Shown: positions 47,280-60,558 of the stretch, piece after piece
How the letters are laid out: every line of letters begins with the position of its first letter
Numbering within the stretch: the stretch's first letter is position 1
Assembly (NCBI GenBank): GCA_976226885.1
Contig: OZ320321.1
Span: 56,296,001 to 56,360,000, forward strand
DNA: 64,000 bases
Direction: 5' to 3'
Origin: Iphione sp. A-MEVVRFRX5
Taxonomy: Eukaryota
Made by a program: the position numbers and the translations under genes
The notes under the pieces: model-generated
Told to the model about the DNA's origin: nothing
Database searches by the model: none
What the model saw: only the letters and a program-made list of their open reading frames with translations

Positions 47280-48130
47280 ATTATTTATTCAGTTTTTCAT
47301 GACAATAATTATAGCAGCCACATTTCCCTTTGGTGTTCCGACCCCATACTGTTCCTTTCCTTGATTTTTGTTGACCTCCACGGGCTGCCTTGCCTCCTTT
47401 TGCTCCTCCCCTAGGCTTGAACTGTTTTTTCTGTCTTGCTAACATCTTATATTCTTCTTTTAGAGCATTCATCTGGTCAGCGACTGCTCTACTGTCTGAG
47501 TTGCCCTAATTTCCTTCTCATTTGCATAACGCTCTTCCATTCCAATGACTCAGATCTGCTGTTTCAGTGTTTTCATGTCATTTTACATTTAGTTGAGCTC
47601 CACCTTGTCCCCTAGTGCTGACTGGAAGATTGCCACACTGAAAGTGTCTCTGATCTTGTGATCCCCATCCAGATATGCCCAATGCATCAATCATCAGACC
47701 TTATCTAGTTTCTTAGAACTTTTATCCTTGGTTTGGTGAAGCGTGGCTGGCTTTTGTACTGCTCAGACTTCTCCCTGCTTCAGTTGCACCTGTCCAGTGC
47801 CAAGATGCACTTCTAGGATGTAGAAGTCTCTGCTGACATTAAGTCTCTGAAGAATGACCAGGCCACGCCGGATAGGGACAAAACTAGCTTGCCTTCCTTA
47901 ATTGGTCTCTTCATCCAACTCGCTCACTCTGGTCCATTCCTCAAACTGAGAATGCCATCCTCCCAAGCTACCTTTCCATCATAGCATTCTGACGTGATTA
48001 GTCCTAAATGAGCAGTTGGTTTCAGTTCTGGTGTGATAAACATTCCCTGTGAACTGATGGTTTCTTCTGAGGTACCCTCAGTCTGGGTAGCGATCTCCCT
48101 TATCATCACCCTTCACGAAACTCACCAAGA
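47280..48130 (-). pseudogene. Decayed Ty3/Gypsy gag remnant
   Basis: YDGKVAWED capsid-like start, EQYKSQ and WAY blocks across frameshifts, basic linker and KCGCYNYC knuckle-like end. Confidence 0.6.
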
Positions 48131-48585
48131 CCCTCCCATATTGCATCCAAGTCAGAGTGCTTGACTTCCCAAACCAGTCTCTTGTACGTTCAGACATTGA
48201 TGTGATGATGACAAGGTGTAGGGGTCCCTGGCAGATTCAGGTTGAGAGGGGGAGGTTTGACTGGATTTAGAATCACAGGGGATGTTTGTGATGAATTCTG
48301 TGTCAAATTCTCTGTCACATGAGAGAGAAAGTTACAGAAGACACTCGGCAATCTTTAGCAACATTAAACCTAAAATAGTAGATTTTCTTCCAAAAGCTAT
48401 CTCGCAGGAAATATCCGAATCAGTTTCAACATTATTCAAAGACATACAATGTACTATGTTCTTAATATTTCACAATGTTATAATACAGTTACATAATTTC
48501 TGAGTCAGAAATTTTTCAGAGTGGGGCAGAACCTATCCCAACTATACTATTTTATTTTCCATTGATCTTGCATAACCATCTATAT

Positions 48586-48587
<2 letters not shown>

Positions 48588-48619
<32 letters not shown>
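48588..48619. repeat. (TA)n microsatellite
   Basis: ~16 TA units. Confidence 0.95.
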
Positions 48620-48622
<3 letters not shown>

Positions 48623-49273
48623 GTGCAGTCTCCACACCCACTCACTGAAAAGATATCTGAGAAATTTAGCAAAACATTCTCACTTTTATATTGATTTATC
48701 ATGCACCAAACTATGATTGAAATTGTGGATATTTGCATGATGATAACAATCCCAGGCGTTCAATATGAACTCCCGTATCCATTTGGTTCATTTTTAGTGA
48801 ACATACGTAAGAATGCTCTGTCCAACTCATATCAAATTTTGGAATTAACACTCAGTAACCATGGAGAGCCAGTCACATGACCTGTAAAATCCTCAACAAT
48901 GGGCATGTTCACATATGATTTAGACATATGACTACAAATATGTCCTAAATATTTAAATAACTAATGAATTACTTTTATTTTACCAAAGTCGTTTCCACTA
49001 TCCGAGGGTTTTTTCCCTACAGCTTATCACAAGTGTTCAACGAATCATTAGTGGGAACAATATTGAAAGTATGTCATTTGATGTCCTATAACCATGTTTA
49101 TCAAGGCTTTAAATTAGAGGCAGTTCTTACATATTATTTTCTGTTTACTATTCAACTCTCCAAAGTGTAAACATCCATTGTTCTTCCCAAACTGTCCTGA
49201 TTTCGGATGTGTCTGCTGTCTAGATCATGAGCAGCATGATTATGATAAGTGAGTAGACTTATGACAGGCTACA

Positions 49274-49400
49274 ATCCTAAAAGTGCTGAATTTGATGAGT
49301 AAAAATCCTAAAAGGCTGAATTTGACAAGTAACAGTCGTAAAAGTTCTGAATTTGATGAGTAAAAGTCTGAAAGAACTGAATTTGATGAGGAAAAGTGCC
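49274..49400. repeat. ~30-bp tandem repeat, 4 copies
   Basis: ctgaatttga at 49286, 49316, 49347 and 49377. Confidence 0.9.
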
Positions 49401-50649
49401 TAACGTGCTTAAAATCCTCCCTGCTACCCCAAATTTGTGTAACAACATGCGATAAATGTTCTTTTTAGAGTGGAGTGGCCTTTGAGCTTGGACATCTAAA
49501 GGTCCTAACAACTGCAGCAGTCTACAACCACCTTTTAGCAATCTAAAGCCACGTTTTGCAGTCTAAACCCACCTTTTTCTGGTACGGTTCACGGTATAAA
49601 CCTGTCTGTATTGGAAAATAGAAACATCTCCTAATAATGGTTAACTATAGGAAGTAAGTCAGTTCTTTTTCGAATCGTCCGCATTTGGATGTGTCCACTT
49701 TGTAGAAATATCCATGGGGGAAGAGTGCACTGCATATATAGCTTTTATTTTATAAAGATTGTTTTTTTCATAAATTTCTTTCATTAAGATAATGCAAAAA
49801 TTCATAGCTAGTCATTTTAAGCAGTGTTTTTATGTCCATTTTTTATATATCCCATGAGTCATCAAACCTGTATCAGTGATGCCAATGCATATGGTGATGT
49901 GCTTTTTTCTACCAAAATATGTATACTTACAAGTCATAGAAAATGAGTTTAAGATTTACATCTTAATGCAGGTCCTACTTGGTGCATCTTTACCTGATAG
50001 AATGTATAATAGGAAATTGGAACTCTTTAACCTGATTCAATCAGACTCTATAAAAATAATCCTCTCTTGATATTCATGATTCATTATCAGGATCTCATTC
50101 AGACGGAGGGATCTAGTGTCCTTACTGAAATAAACCAAAGACTCAAGACATCCTTAGGGAGACAGTAACAATGTCGTGCTTGACATGTTTAACCAGGACT
50201 TATGAACGTCAGACATGTAATGAACATTTAGATGTTATACCCATTATCCTAAGCATTATACATGTATACACTGCAATCCGCTGAGACGATATATATAAAT
50301 ATTGTTCGCCCCTAGTAAAGAGACATGCTTGTGAAGATGAAGATGTTCCAGTGAGTTCTGCCAAAACGATCTTCTCCAGCAGGGCCCCGCTCACATTATA
50401 TTCATTTACTTATATAAACAAATATACAAACTAAACACAGACCTACAAAATGGACAGTATACGACTTCTATCTTATTCAAAATACATATGTAGTACACAT
50501 TCTTTTCACTGGTGCTATTGGCAAAATAAAACACGTATCTGCTGGAGGTGCAGCATGTCTCAGGTGAATTCTCTTAAAGGGGCCGCAGTGCTCTACCAAC
50601 TAGGTAGCACTATTCGCAAGTTTTGGGTTGACTGCCTCTGCATATAGTG

Positions 50650-51700
50650 GTGTAAGTACAGTGACTCCTGATCACAAGAATAACTCTGTGTCGGAATTTC
50701 ACCCGCCCTAAACTTGTGCAAGGAGAGTCCCTCTTGGAGGAGTCATGGCTAGTTAGGCCTCCTCACATGATGACATATCACCATGTACTACCTCATCTTG
50801 TACCTAGCTTGGTAGAACCTACAGCATAGCCCGTCCATCCACTCAAAGACGTATCCAGCATGACCCCTAGAGGCAATTAGAGCATTCTGTCATGTAACAC
50901 ATCGTACTGGAGGGGTCGGGTGAGCATGGCAGCAATAAAGATTCTAGAGAATAGCTATTCAGATAGGCCCTCCACTAGAGGAATAATTCCAGCATTGTAG
51001 AAGACATCACCATGTCATCTCTGATCTGGGACGCCAATCATGATGCAGTCTTACAGCTGAATTCTCAGGCGAGGTTTTTGGGGTTGCCTTTCCTTACGTA
51101 CACCCCTGATTTGCCCAACCAATGCTCCTGTAGACAGTGTATGAATGCCACAAGCTCCCACAGTCAACACCGTTTGGTCACAGGATCTCAACATGCTCCA
51201 ACATGATCCATAGGTAGTGTGGAGAATCCCCTGCTATTGCCAAACTTCCAGAAACAAGGGTGATGAGTCCTCTTTTGTCCACAAATGGCTCATCACTGTG
51301 CATAGGATTTCAACATACTCTGTCTTGCTTGTAGGTCGAGGGAATTCTCCATGGCCAGTAGAACAGCTTCTAATGCCTTGAGTCTTTTTTATATGTCACC
51401 AGCCTTGCTCGAGTTTCAGGACTTTGTCATTTGCCTGAGCATTGCTCTGCTGTCAGAATCCTCCTCCCAAAGTCTAGTGCCGCCACTACTCTGCGTGGAA
51501 ACTTCAGTGTCGCTGACCAATCTAACACGTTTCTATAGTCTGTATCACAGGCACGGGGTGGCTACTTGGCTAGGCAGGCCTTGCCTTGGCGCAGGTAGCT
51601 CACAATTATGTGGGGCCATTTGGCTACCGGCCACTCGTAATTATATTAGCTTATCTCGCCAAGCATTCGGCCAGTTCTAAGACACCTTGGTCGAAGATAA
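50650..51700 (-). pseudogene. Possible decayed DIRS1-type RNase H region
   Basis: Across frameshifts, QCSG...KALEAVLLAM resembles the DIRS SGxW...HIN-LEL-AV motif; weak. Confidence 0.35.
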
Positions 51701-52134
51701 ATAACATCCGACGAAGATCTGAGGTCTTTATATATGCTCCAGTGTGTTTTACTACATTTGAAATCATCATTACACTGATTGTAAGGAATTTGATACAGAA
51801 ACGTGGTTAGATACCTGTATCTTTGAGAAGAATGCGACAATATTTTATCGTAAATGTAAGCCATGTTTGTTGTTGATCCAGAAAAGAATCACGTTATATA
51901 CTTTGTGAATATATGTATGAGCACAAATGTATATTTGTACGCGTTGATGTTTACAACTAAAAACGAATGACCTTTAGTCGACACTTTCCAATGTAGTCAT
52001 GTGAAATGTAGAAGGTGCGAGCTGGGCCTACTACAACAGTGGAGAGGTCCGAGATAAAGATAAATGTGGTCCCTACACATCATTGAACTGGTGCACCAAA
52101 CAGTCGCAACCTAAAGCCGTCCATTTCTTTTTTC

Positions 52135-52420
52135 ATGGAAGAGGCCTGTTTGCTCCCTGGGGGCGTCGTTACTGGTCATCGGAAAAAGAAACATCCAATA
52201 CAAATATACCTGATTCACTTCAAGAGCACAGAGGAAGCACAGACTCTTGTAGAAAACGGCAGAGATATAGATATTCAGCGATTCCTGGTTGATCTTTTCC
52301 ATCTTTACCCGTACAATTCTCCCGGGAGTCAGAAAATGGACACCTGTACAGGGCCATGGTGACAGCAGCTCTGTGCCACAGAGGACGCCTCGAACGCTTC
52401 TCACGCGAGATCAGCGTCCA
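52135..52420 (+). pseudogene. Possible I/Jockey-type LINE ORF1 fragment
   Basis: KKHPIQIYLIHFKSTEEAQTLVENG resembles pre-knuckle regions of LINE gag-like proteins; no diagnostic motif. Confidence 0.3.
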
Positions 52421-54599
52421 TCCTCGTCCACAGATCGGGTTCCACGTAATGCCTGACACTCCCACCACCGTTTTTAACGGCCGGGGTGTTGTTCATATAT
52501 TACTTAAATAGAAGCGTATCTCAATGGGGGTGTTGTAGACACGGACTGTCGCCCCCAGGGAAACCATGCCTCGTGCATGGAAGTTGGGAATAATTTTAGC
52601 AATTGTCACAGGAAGCGATGTCCCAATATTTCATTACATTTACAGACCTATTAAAACACGGACTTTTCGTTTCAATACGAACTGGATTACGCACATTTTT
52701 TTGTCTTATCCCGCCATTATAGAGGATGGGGCGATACGGAAGGTGTATGCCGAAGGAGTAATATGTGGCAGGGAAAAAACGCGAAACTGAAGGTAACTGA
52801 AGATCCAGGCAGTTGCATCAAAAGAAAAGCGGTTTCATCTGAAGATAGTACTTTTTAAAATGTGGTAATGCATGTAGTAATGACCAAAGATAAACCCAGA
52901 AATAAATAATATCATCAACGCTTGCAAGTAATTCCTTAATCTTCCTCGTAGTTATCAATGCCATATGGACAGAAAAACACGAAATATGGAGTCATAGTTG
53001 AAAGCCTCTTGGGGCAAGAGAGTTGAAAAAAATTTTAAAAAGAAGCAAATCACCTTCTGAAATGTCCTAGACTAAGTACTGCAGAATATTGTGCAACACA
53101 TGATTTATGTGGATCATGGCAAATAACACTCAGGCATAATTTCCATGTGCGCATGTCTTTGTGGGTATGATGACTTCCAGCATGTTTTTTAACTACTCTT
53201 ATCAGCAGGAGTGTCTTCATGTACTTATGTACCATGCAGTGTGCAGTATGTCCATAATTATATAGCACGTTTTTGGATTGGGAAGCTTCACAATTTTCAC
53301 AGGCATGGCAGCATATTTCTATACTTATGTATAAGGGCGATACAAGGATTCACACAGTTTCCATTGCTATATGACTGAAATATATAGTGTACGTTTCACA
53401 GCATCCCAGTTGTGAAAACACGCTACATGTGCACTTGGAAATTAAGCCTTAAGCTGCAATAGTCCTGTCGCTTCTCTGACGTTTGGGTCCATTATCACTG
53501 CATGCCTCATCGTTAGTTCCCGACAAGAGATCAGCAAGAGACGGCATGTGGTAGTGACCGCTACCTTTTAATGTCATTTAGCAGCTAGGCTCATGTCACG
53601 CTATACCACCCGTCGACGTTTATATGACGCAACGGGTGCGTGAGTCCATCAGCCTGATGTATGGCGCACTTGGAGGTCGGACCGGCCGGAGGTAAAAAAA
53701 AAATGGCCAGGATAGCGCTTAAACCGCCGCTGCTGTAAAGCATAGTCCTCCAAGAGAGGCCGGCAGAACCGGACGGCACTGTCCGCAAGGTCGGATGGAG
53801 CCATTTCCTCGGAGATTACCGGAGCCTTCCTTGAGGCACGCCACAAGACGATCGACTGCACGTGGGCTGTGATTTCACATCGCATACAGGAAAAGTGATA
53901 GCGCAATAGGGCCACCGATGCCTGACCGAGTCCCGGAAACCATAATCCTAGCAATCTGCAGAGGTCTCGCGACAATGATCTCGGAGCGCCCAGCAGGTCG
54001 GAAACCTAAGTCGGCGTTAAATGGCTGCAGCTACATACACGAGGATTGTTGAGGATTGATGCTCATATTTTTCACGATTTAACTGAGGTGGTTTCACACC
54101 TTGATGCAGCCGTCCATTGGTGCAGTAAATAAGACATGAAATATTGGAGAGGTAACAACTTGCATGGCAGAAGTTGGCTATATTAAGGAGGTCAATTGAA
54201 ATACCACTGAATTTTAGAATTAGATCGGAGCTGTGATGGAGTTTTTCTTATAAAGCAATCAAGTCGCATTATAAATGACATGTTTCTAGAATGATTCTTA
54301 CTTGCCCCAGTTTGATGCAGGCTGTTGAGGAACATATGTACATGTATGTAATTTTTCTTTCTAAGCCCCCAGATCATCTCTTGCTGATATCCACTAGCTA
54401 AAGTCTACATATGTACACAGTTCCTTTTTTGCTTCTTCGGTCTGCTAATGGTTCGCTACTTCAAGTCCCAACGTACACTGATATGACTCTCAACAGAGGC
54501 GCACAGTGGTGTAAAATGACACCCCAAACCCAGTTCACATTGTTACGTCCGTGAATGCAACAATCATATCGGGTGTATCCTATCAATAACGATTGCTGG

Positions 54600-54760
54600 A
54601 GTATGCGTATTTTCGTTTCTTTGTTTCACAGACCACACCCGAAACCATTAGCGAAATCTGGTCCGAAGCACGTGTATGTGTGGAACGCATTGCCTCATAA
54701 TATAGTGACTATACTTGCTGAAACTAGAAAGGCATGTTCAGTTTAAGCGGCTGGAAAAAG
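54600..54760 (+). pseudogene. Short LINE 3' fragment
   Basis: VWNALPHNIVT is typical of LINE ORF2 C-termini. Confidence 0.45.
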
Positions 54761-55229
54761 CAAAGTCCCTTGCGGGAATACTTGTGCTCTTTTGTAAGCA
54801 TCATTAGCAAAGAGCTCAATTACCTGCTGTTTCTAAAAGAATTGCCTGTCACTCAGAGTGGTTCAGCGTAACTAATTGCGGATACCGTCTCCGATATATT
54901 TGGTGTCCTCTCTTCCTCTCTGAAAGCATCTCGAGAATCCCAGATCTAACTGGGAATTGCTACTTTTTGAAGCATGGAAAAGCGAATGTAATGTTAACTT
55001 TATCGAATCAAACGTTGATTCATCATTTTACCACATATAGACTATAGTATGATTCAACATGGAAATGGAAATGTAAACGCTTCACCATGTTTAATTTCCT
55101 ACAAAGGCTTCATTGGAATGGACAAAAAGGGATGCATCCATTAATGACTAGGATAAAGTGTATCCAGGCTCGACGCAATCGGGCAATGTACATAGTGCTG
55201 TCTGTCATGAACAAAAACAAAAATATGAC

Positions 55230-55253
55230 GAGAGAGAGAGAAAGAGAGAGAGA

Positions 55254-55299
<46 letters not shown>
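55230..55299. repeat. (GA)n microsatellite
   Basis: ~35 GA units with two interruptions. Confidence 0.95.
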
Positions 55300-55306
<7 letters not shown>

Positions 55307-55786
55307 TATCCTAATGATTTTATCATTAAAACTATAGTGGTGGAAACTTAGATGTTTTTTGAACAGTGTGGAAAAAACATAGACCGTTTAGAAGAAAACT
55401 GGATGATTGTCATGAAATAGGGGAATTGCCGATGAACCACAATAATATGGAATGTACGAGTTTAGCTCAGATGGCAGGAGCGTGGCTTGCCTAATCCATG
55501 TGCATGGCGTTTGAACCTTTGGAACAGCTGAGCAAAACACACCAAAGGATACATCCAACTCCAAACCAGCTTGCCTGAGGCTATGGCCAGCATATGATCC
55601 TGTTCTCTTGCACAACAGACCTACTAAGAAGTAAGAGTAGAGGCCGACCCTGGAGTCTCATCAACAGTAGACGAGTATACTATCCAACGATAACATGGGA
55701 GAGCAGCTTGGAGAGAGCCGAAAGTTCGAGGGAGGCTGGTGTATTTTTTTTTGAATTGAACATGTTTATTCTGGAACTTATACATA

Positions 55787-56401
55787 TTGGGTTGGCCAAT
55801 ACGTGTTAATTATTATCCTGGCGCAACAATTAACACTCTTACAGAAGAAATATTGGCGCAGAATTTGTCACCAACACCCTCTATTATAGTTATCTTGATT
55901 GGAGGAAATGACTTGACGCAGAAACACATGTCGAAAAGGAATGATGGCAGTTATGTACGGTATATACTCCCCAACTATTTGTCTGACAGTGACGCTGTCG
56001 AGGATATAGGCAGAAAACTACGTGTGATGCGCTATCATGTCCAGGAGAAATTTCCTGCCAGTTCTGTAATGCTGTGTACTATATTTGCCAGAAGCTACAA
56101 TGAAATGAATTGGAGGATGAATGGGAGTGACCCAAACACCGAGCTGGGTGGACGTATCGAAAGGATGATTATATCGGCAGTGCACAGTATAAATCAAGTA
56201 ATTACCAACATTAACTTGATACATGGGATACCGACTCCGAGAGTACATACTGTGTTACATTCGAGATTCCGTGGTCGTTGGAGAGACAGATTGACACGTT
56301 TGAGGGATGGCTGTCATCTCAGAACGAAATGGAAGTCCTACTTGGTGCGATATGTGATTGATGGTATACGGCGTCTTTATAGACAGTTGTATAATGTGTA
56401 G
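55787..56401 (+). CDS. SGNH/GDSL esterase-like domain (LINE ORF1), block I disrupted
   Basis: Block II YPGAT, block III IGGNDL, block V RDGCH; the expected DS block position coincides with an in-frame TGA at 55757. Confidence 0.75.
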   Translation: MGWPIRVNYYPGATINTLTEEILAQNLSPTPSIIVILIGGNDLTQKHMSKRNDGSYVRYILPNYLSDSDAVEDIGRKLRVMRYHVQEKFPASSVMLCTIFARSYNEMNWRMNGSDPNTELGGRIERMIISAVHSINQVITNINLIHGIPTPRVHTVLHSRFRGRWRDRLTRLRDGCHLRTKWKSYLVRYVIDGIRRLYRQLYNV

Positions 56402-57126
56402 ATGAAGAATTACTCCTGAAGACCTGAGGAGTCGTATGATGATGGTCCTGTGGTGAGTGATGGTGACAAGAACTGGACTCATTATAATTGGCTATATAGG
56501 TGTCACATTGCATTTGAAGGTCCTTGACCTTTAAGTGGTGATGTATATGGATTAGGGGTCAGGATTTGCCTATAATCCTAATTCTATACAGGTCTTTGAC
56601 CTGTTAGGCATTATTGACACTGATAGTAATCGCTGTGTTTAAGTTGCTGTACCAGTCCTATTTGTACCGGTGTGAGCACTTTTCATTTTATGAATATGTA
56701 CTTGTTTAGGTCCTTGACCTGCAGGTGTGTATGTAATGTAAATATTATATACATTGAAGATTGGTATGTTGACTTTCGTAATTAAGAAGTAGATACATCT
56801 TTAACATAAGGAGTTCGACTAGTATGTAGCCAAGTAGAGTAAATTTAAGGTAATATTGAATACACATAAATTTGTATTAATGTGTAATATGTGGCTTGTT
56901 AAAACTGGTATGTACTATAATGAAGATTAACTCCTCTTGTTTCTCGTTGAATGATCCAAATTGTTCGTCTTTTTGATGCCATTAACATTAGCCGCGGGCT
57001 TAGGATACCTAGGCTCGTTGCTTTTCATATTTTTCATTAATTTAGGAACTCTGAAGGGAAAGTATGGACGTGGCACTGACTGTTTACGATATGGAGAAGA
57101 GATTAATTATAAGGTAATGTAGGTAA

Positions 57127-60100
57127 ATGATATCCCTGTATTATTTAAATGTTTGTTCGATACAGAGGAAGTTGGACGAAATTTCAGTTATGATGAGTCG
57201 TTATAAGATGGACTGTTTAATCCTGTCTGAAACTTGGTTGCATGACAGATACCCCGATACGCTATTGGCAAAACGAGGATATAACTTTTATAGGTAGGAC
57301 AGACACTATGGTAGGGGGGGAGGTATTTTATTCTACTTTGCTAGTAACCTAACTGGAGTATTTACTGTAATGGAGGATCTGAAAGTAGTAAACAGAGATA
57401 TTGAACTTATCTGGTTGAAGATAAATATAAGAAATAGAGTGACAATTATGGTATGCTCTCTATACAGACCCCCACATGGGAATCTTGAAGCAGCTTTAGA
57501 TATATTATCGGAGCATATGGATAGAATTCGCAATAGACATCCGAAATGTAAGTTGATGTTGGTAGGGGATTTTAATGTGAATTGGCTAGTGCATAACAGG
57601 GAAAGAGATACATTAATGGATCTGGCTGTACGCTATGATCTGTATCAACTGGTAAAGGCGAGCACTAGAATTACTGCCAGATCAGAAACAATGATTGATC
57701 TAGTGTTATCTGATTTAAATAATAGTGATATTCTTGTAGATGTAATTGGCTATACAGTTAGTGATCACAATTTGTTAGAAATGATATTGTCATTTGACAA
57801 TGTAAAAAGATATACCAAAGTGAGATATCGGGATTGGAAAAGGGTTACGTTAGAGAATCTAAGGGTAGAGCTGGGCAAGTTTAACTGGACTAGTATAGCT
57901 TGGATAAATAATATACAGGGCAAGTGGGACTTAGTGGAACAGGTATTTTCTGAAGTGATAAATCGTATCTCACCGCTGAAAGAAAAAAAGTGTGTTGCAA
58001 AGTCTCCATGTTGGATGACAGGGAAAGTGAATCAGTTAGTTGAAGAAAGAGATCGAGCTCTCCGTAGGTATAGGAAAAGTGGAGGTGAATATGATAAGCT
58101 AATTCTGAGATTGGCTAAATATAAAGTTAGGAAGGAACTTAGAAAATCAAGGAGGGACTACATAGAAAGAGCTGCCTTACTAAATGCAGATAATCCTAGT
58201 CGGTATTGGAGATTTTTACCGTTAGAATTAGGAATGAAGGCGCAAGGGTCAAACCCACAACTAGTAAATGAGGTGGGTGATGTTTTGTCAGATCAGGAGA
58301 TGGCAAGTAAAATGAATAAATACTATGTCACCATTGTTAGGGATATGATATCAGGGATTCAGGACTGCCAAGTGGCCTTTCCACTGGAGGAATTGGTTGA
58401 GAATAGGGATCAATTGGCATTAGAGCAGTTTACAGTAGAAGAATGGTGTACGGCCATTGCCGACCTGAAAGGTAATAAGGCTTCTAAATTCTTAGACATG
58501 CCGATAAAGCTATTCAAAGATGTATTTGTAGATCTGACTCTAGAGCTATTACCTATTTATAATGAAAGTTTACTAACAGGTGAACTACCAAGGCAGTGGA
58601 AATCAGCTACCATTGTGCCGATACATAAAGGAGGAAGTATAAATGACATGAAGAATTTCAGACCTGTGAGTTTGTTACCTGCGACAGTAAAAATAATGGA
58701 GAAGATGATAAATAAACGTATACATGATTATCTTGAAGGCAAGGAACTTAGAAAATCAAGGAGGGACTACATAGAAAGAGCTGCCTTACTAAATGCAGAT
58801 AATCCTAGTCGGTATTGGAGATTTTTACCGTTAGAATTAGGAATGAAGGCGCAAGGGTCAAACCCACAACTAGTAAATGAGGTGGGTGATGTTTTGTCAG
58901 ATCAGGAGATGGCAAGTAAAATGAATAAATACTATGTCACCATTGTTAGGGATATGATATCAGGGATTCAGGACTGCCAAGTGGCCTTTCCACTGGAGGA
59001 ATTGGTTGAGAATAGGGATCAATTGGCATTAGAGCAGTTTACAGTAGAAGAATGGTGTACGGCCATTGCCGACCTGAAAGGTAATAAGGCTTCTAAATTC
59101 TTAGACATGCCGATAAAGCTATTCAAAGATGTATTTGTAGATCTGACTCTAGAGCTATTACCTATTTATAATGAAAGTTTACTAACAGGTGAACTACCAA
59201 GGCAGTGGAAATCAGCTACCATTGTGCCGATACATAAAGGAGGAAGTATAAATGACATGAAGAATTTCAGACCTGTGAGTTTGTTACCTGCGACAGTAAA
59301 AATAATGGAGAAGATGATAAATAAACGTATACATGATTATCTTGAAGATAATGAGCTCTTTTGTAATGAACAATATGGTTTTCGGAGGGGGCGGGGTACA
59401 GAGATGGCCTGCGGTAAGTTACTAGACTATATGAATGGCTATTTGAATGATAAATACTATGTTGCATTATGTTTCATAGATTTTTCAAAAGCCTTTGATT
59501 CGGTAGATCATTTAATTTTGCTGCAGAAGATGAGTTGTATTGGGTTGAAAAATTTAACATATTGGATGAAAGCCTATTTGGCTAATAGGAGTCAGCAGGT
59601 AAATATTGGTGATAGTTACTCGGATTTTGAAACACTGTTAACCGGGGTACCACAAGGCTCAATCTTGGGCCCTACTTTGTTTTTGATTTACATTAATGAC
59701 TTCCCCAGAATCATGAATGATGTCGATTGTTTGATCTACGCAGATGATATTGTACTTATAGCACATGATAAAGATGGAGAAGCGGTGAAGAAAAAGTTGG
59801 AGTGCACTATGAAAAGTGTGATGCTATGGTCCCAGCAAAATAAGATCCTACTGAATGTGAATAAGACGAAGATTATGCTACCGACTTACCATGAAATGCA
59901 ACCATGTACGTCAATGAAGGTAGGAGATGTTAAGTTTGATGTTGTCACCAAGTATAAATATTTAGGGGTAACCATTGATGCAAGATTAACCTGGGTACCG
60001 TTTATGAAGGAAATAATAAGGAAAGGATACCACAAGTATGGTCTATTATGTAGAGTAAAACCATACGTTAATACCCGAATTATGAAGAAATTGGTATTAA

Positions 60101-60558
60101 CAATGGTATTACCAATGATTGAGTATGGTTGTTTCGTGATTCCGCCATTGAAAGGACAGGTACCACAAAAGATAGTGACACTGAGGAGACGATTGTACTC
60201 GCTGTTTCTGGGTAGAGGCTCTTTGGAACGTGAGGATATTGCGGAGGAATTACAGGGGATTGCAACTGTGGCGAGGCTACGAATATTGTATTTAAATACT
60301 ATAGTGCCCGCGTCACGAGATCTACCAAATGTTACTTGTGTGGGTAGGTTAGAATATAAAGAAACAAGAATTCGAATTATTCCAAATAGACCTAATTATG
60401 AGAAGTTCAGAAGGTCATGTTATTACTTAGGATGCCTAAGTTGGATGAAACTAACAGGGGAGATAACTAAACTGAACTTATCTGGTTTTAAACTGTATCT
60501 GAAGAAAAGAAGGAGAGATGTTAGAATTGTATTGTATGATGACGATATAAATGGGTAA
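57127..60558 (+). pseudogene. LINE ORF2 (APE endonuclease + RT) with one nonsense codon (TAG 57295-57297) and an internal duplication
   Basis: YLNVCS, LSETWL, LYRPP, VGDFN, SDHN; FIDFSKAFD, QGSILGP, YADD; ATG 57127 is in frame with ORF 57370-60558. Confidence 0.93.
58132..59347 (+). repeat. 609-bp-period in-frame tandem duplication inside ORF2
   Basis: 58132-58738 equals 58741-59347 by eye with no mismatch seen; 2-nt junction gc; 203 aa repeated. Confidence 0.97.

Noticed and set aside
49274-49400. 30-bp periodic repeat as a CRISPR-like array
   Set aside because: No unique spacers, degenerate units, eukaryotic context; an ordinary minisatellite
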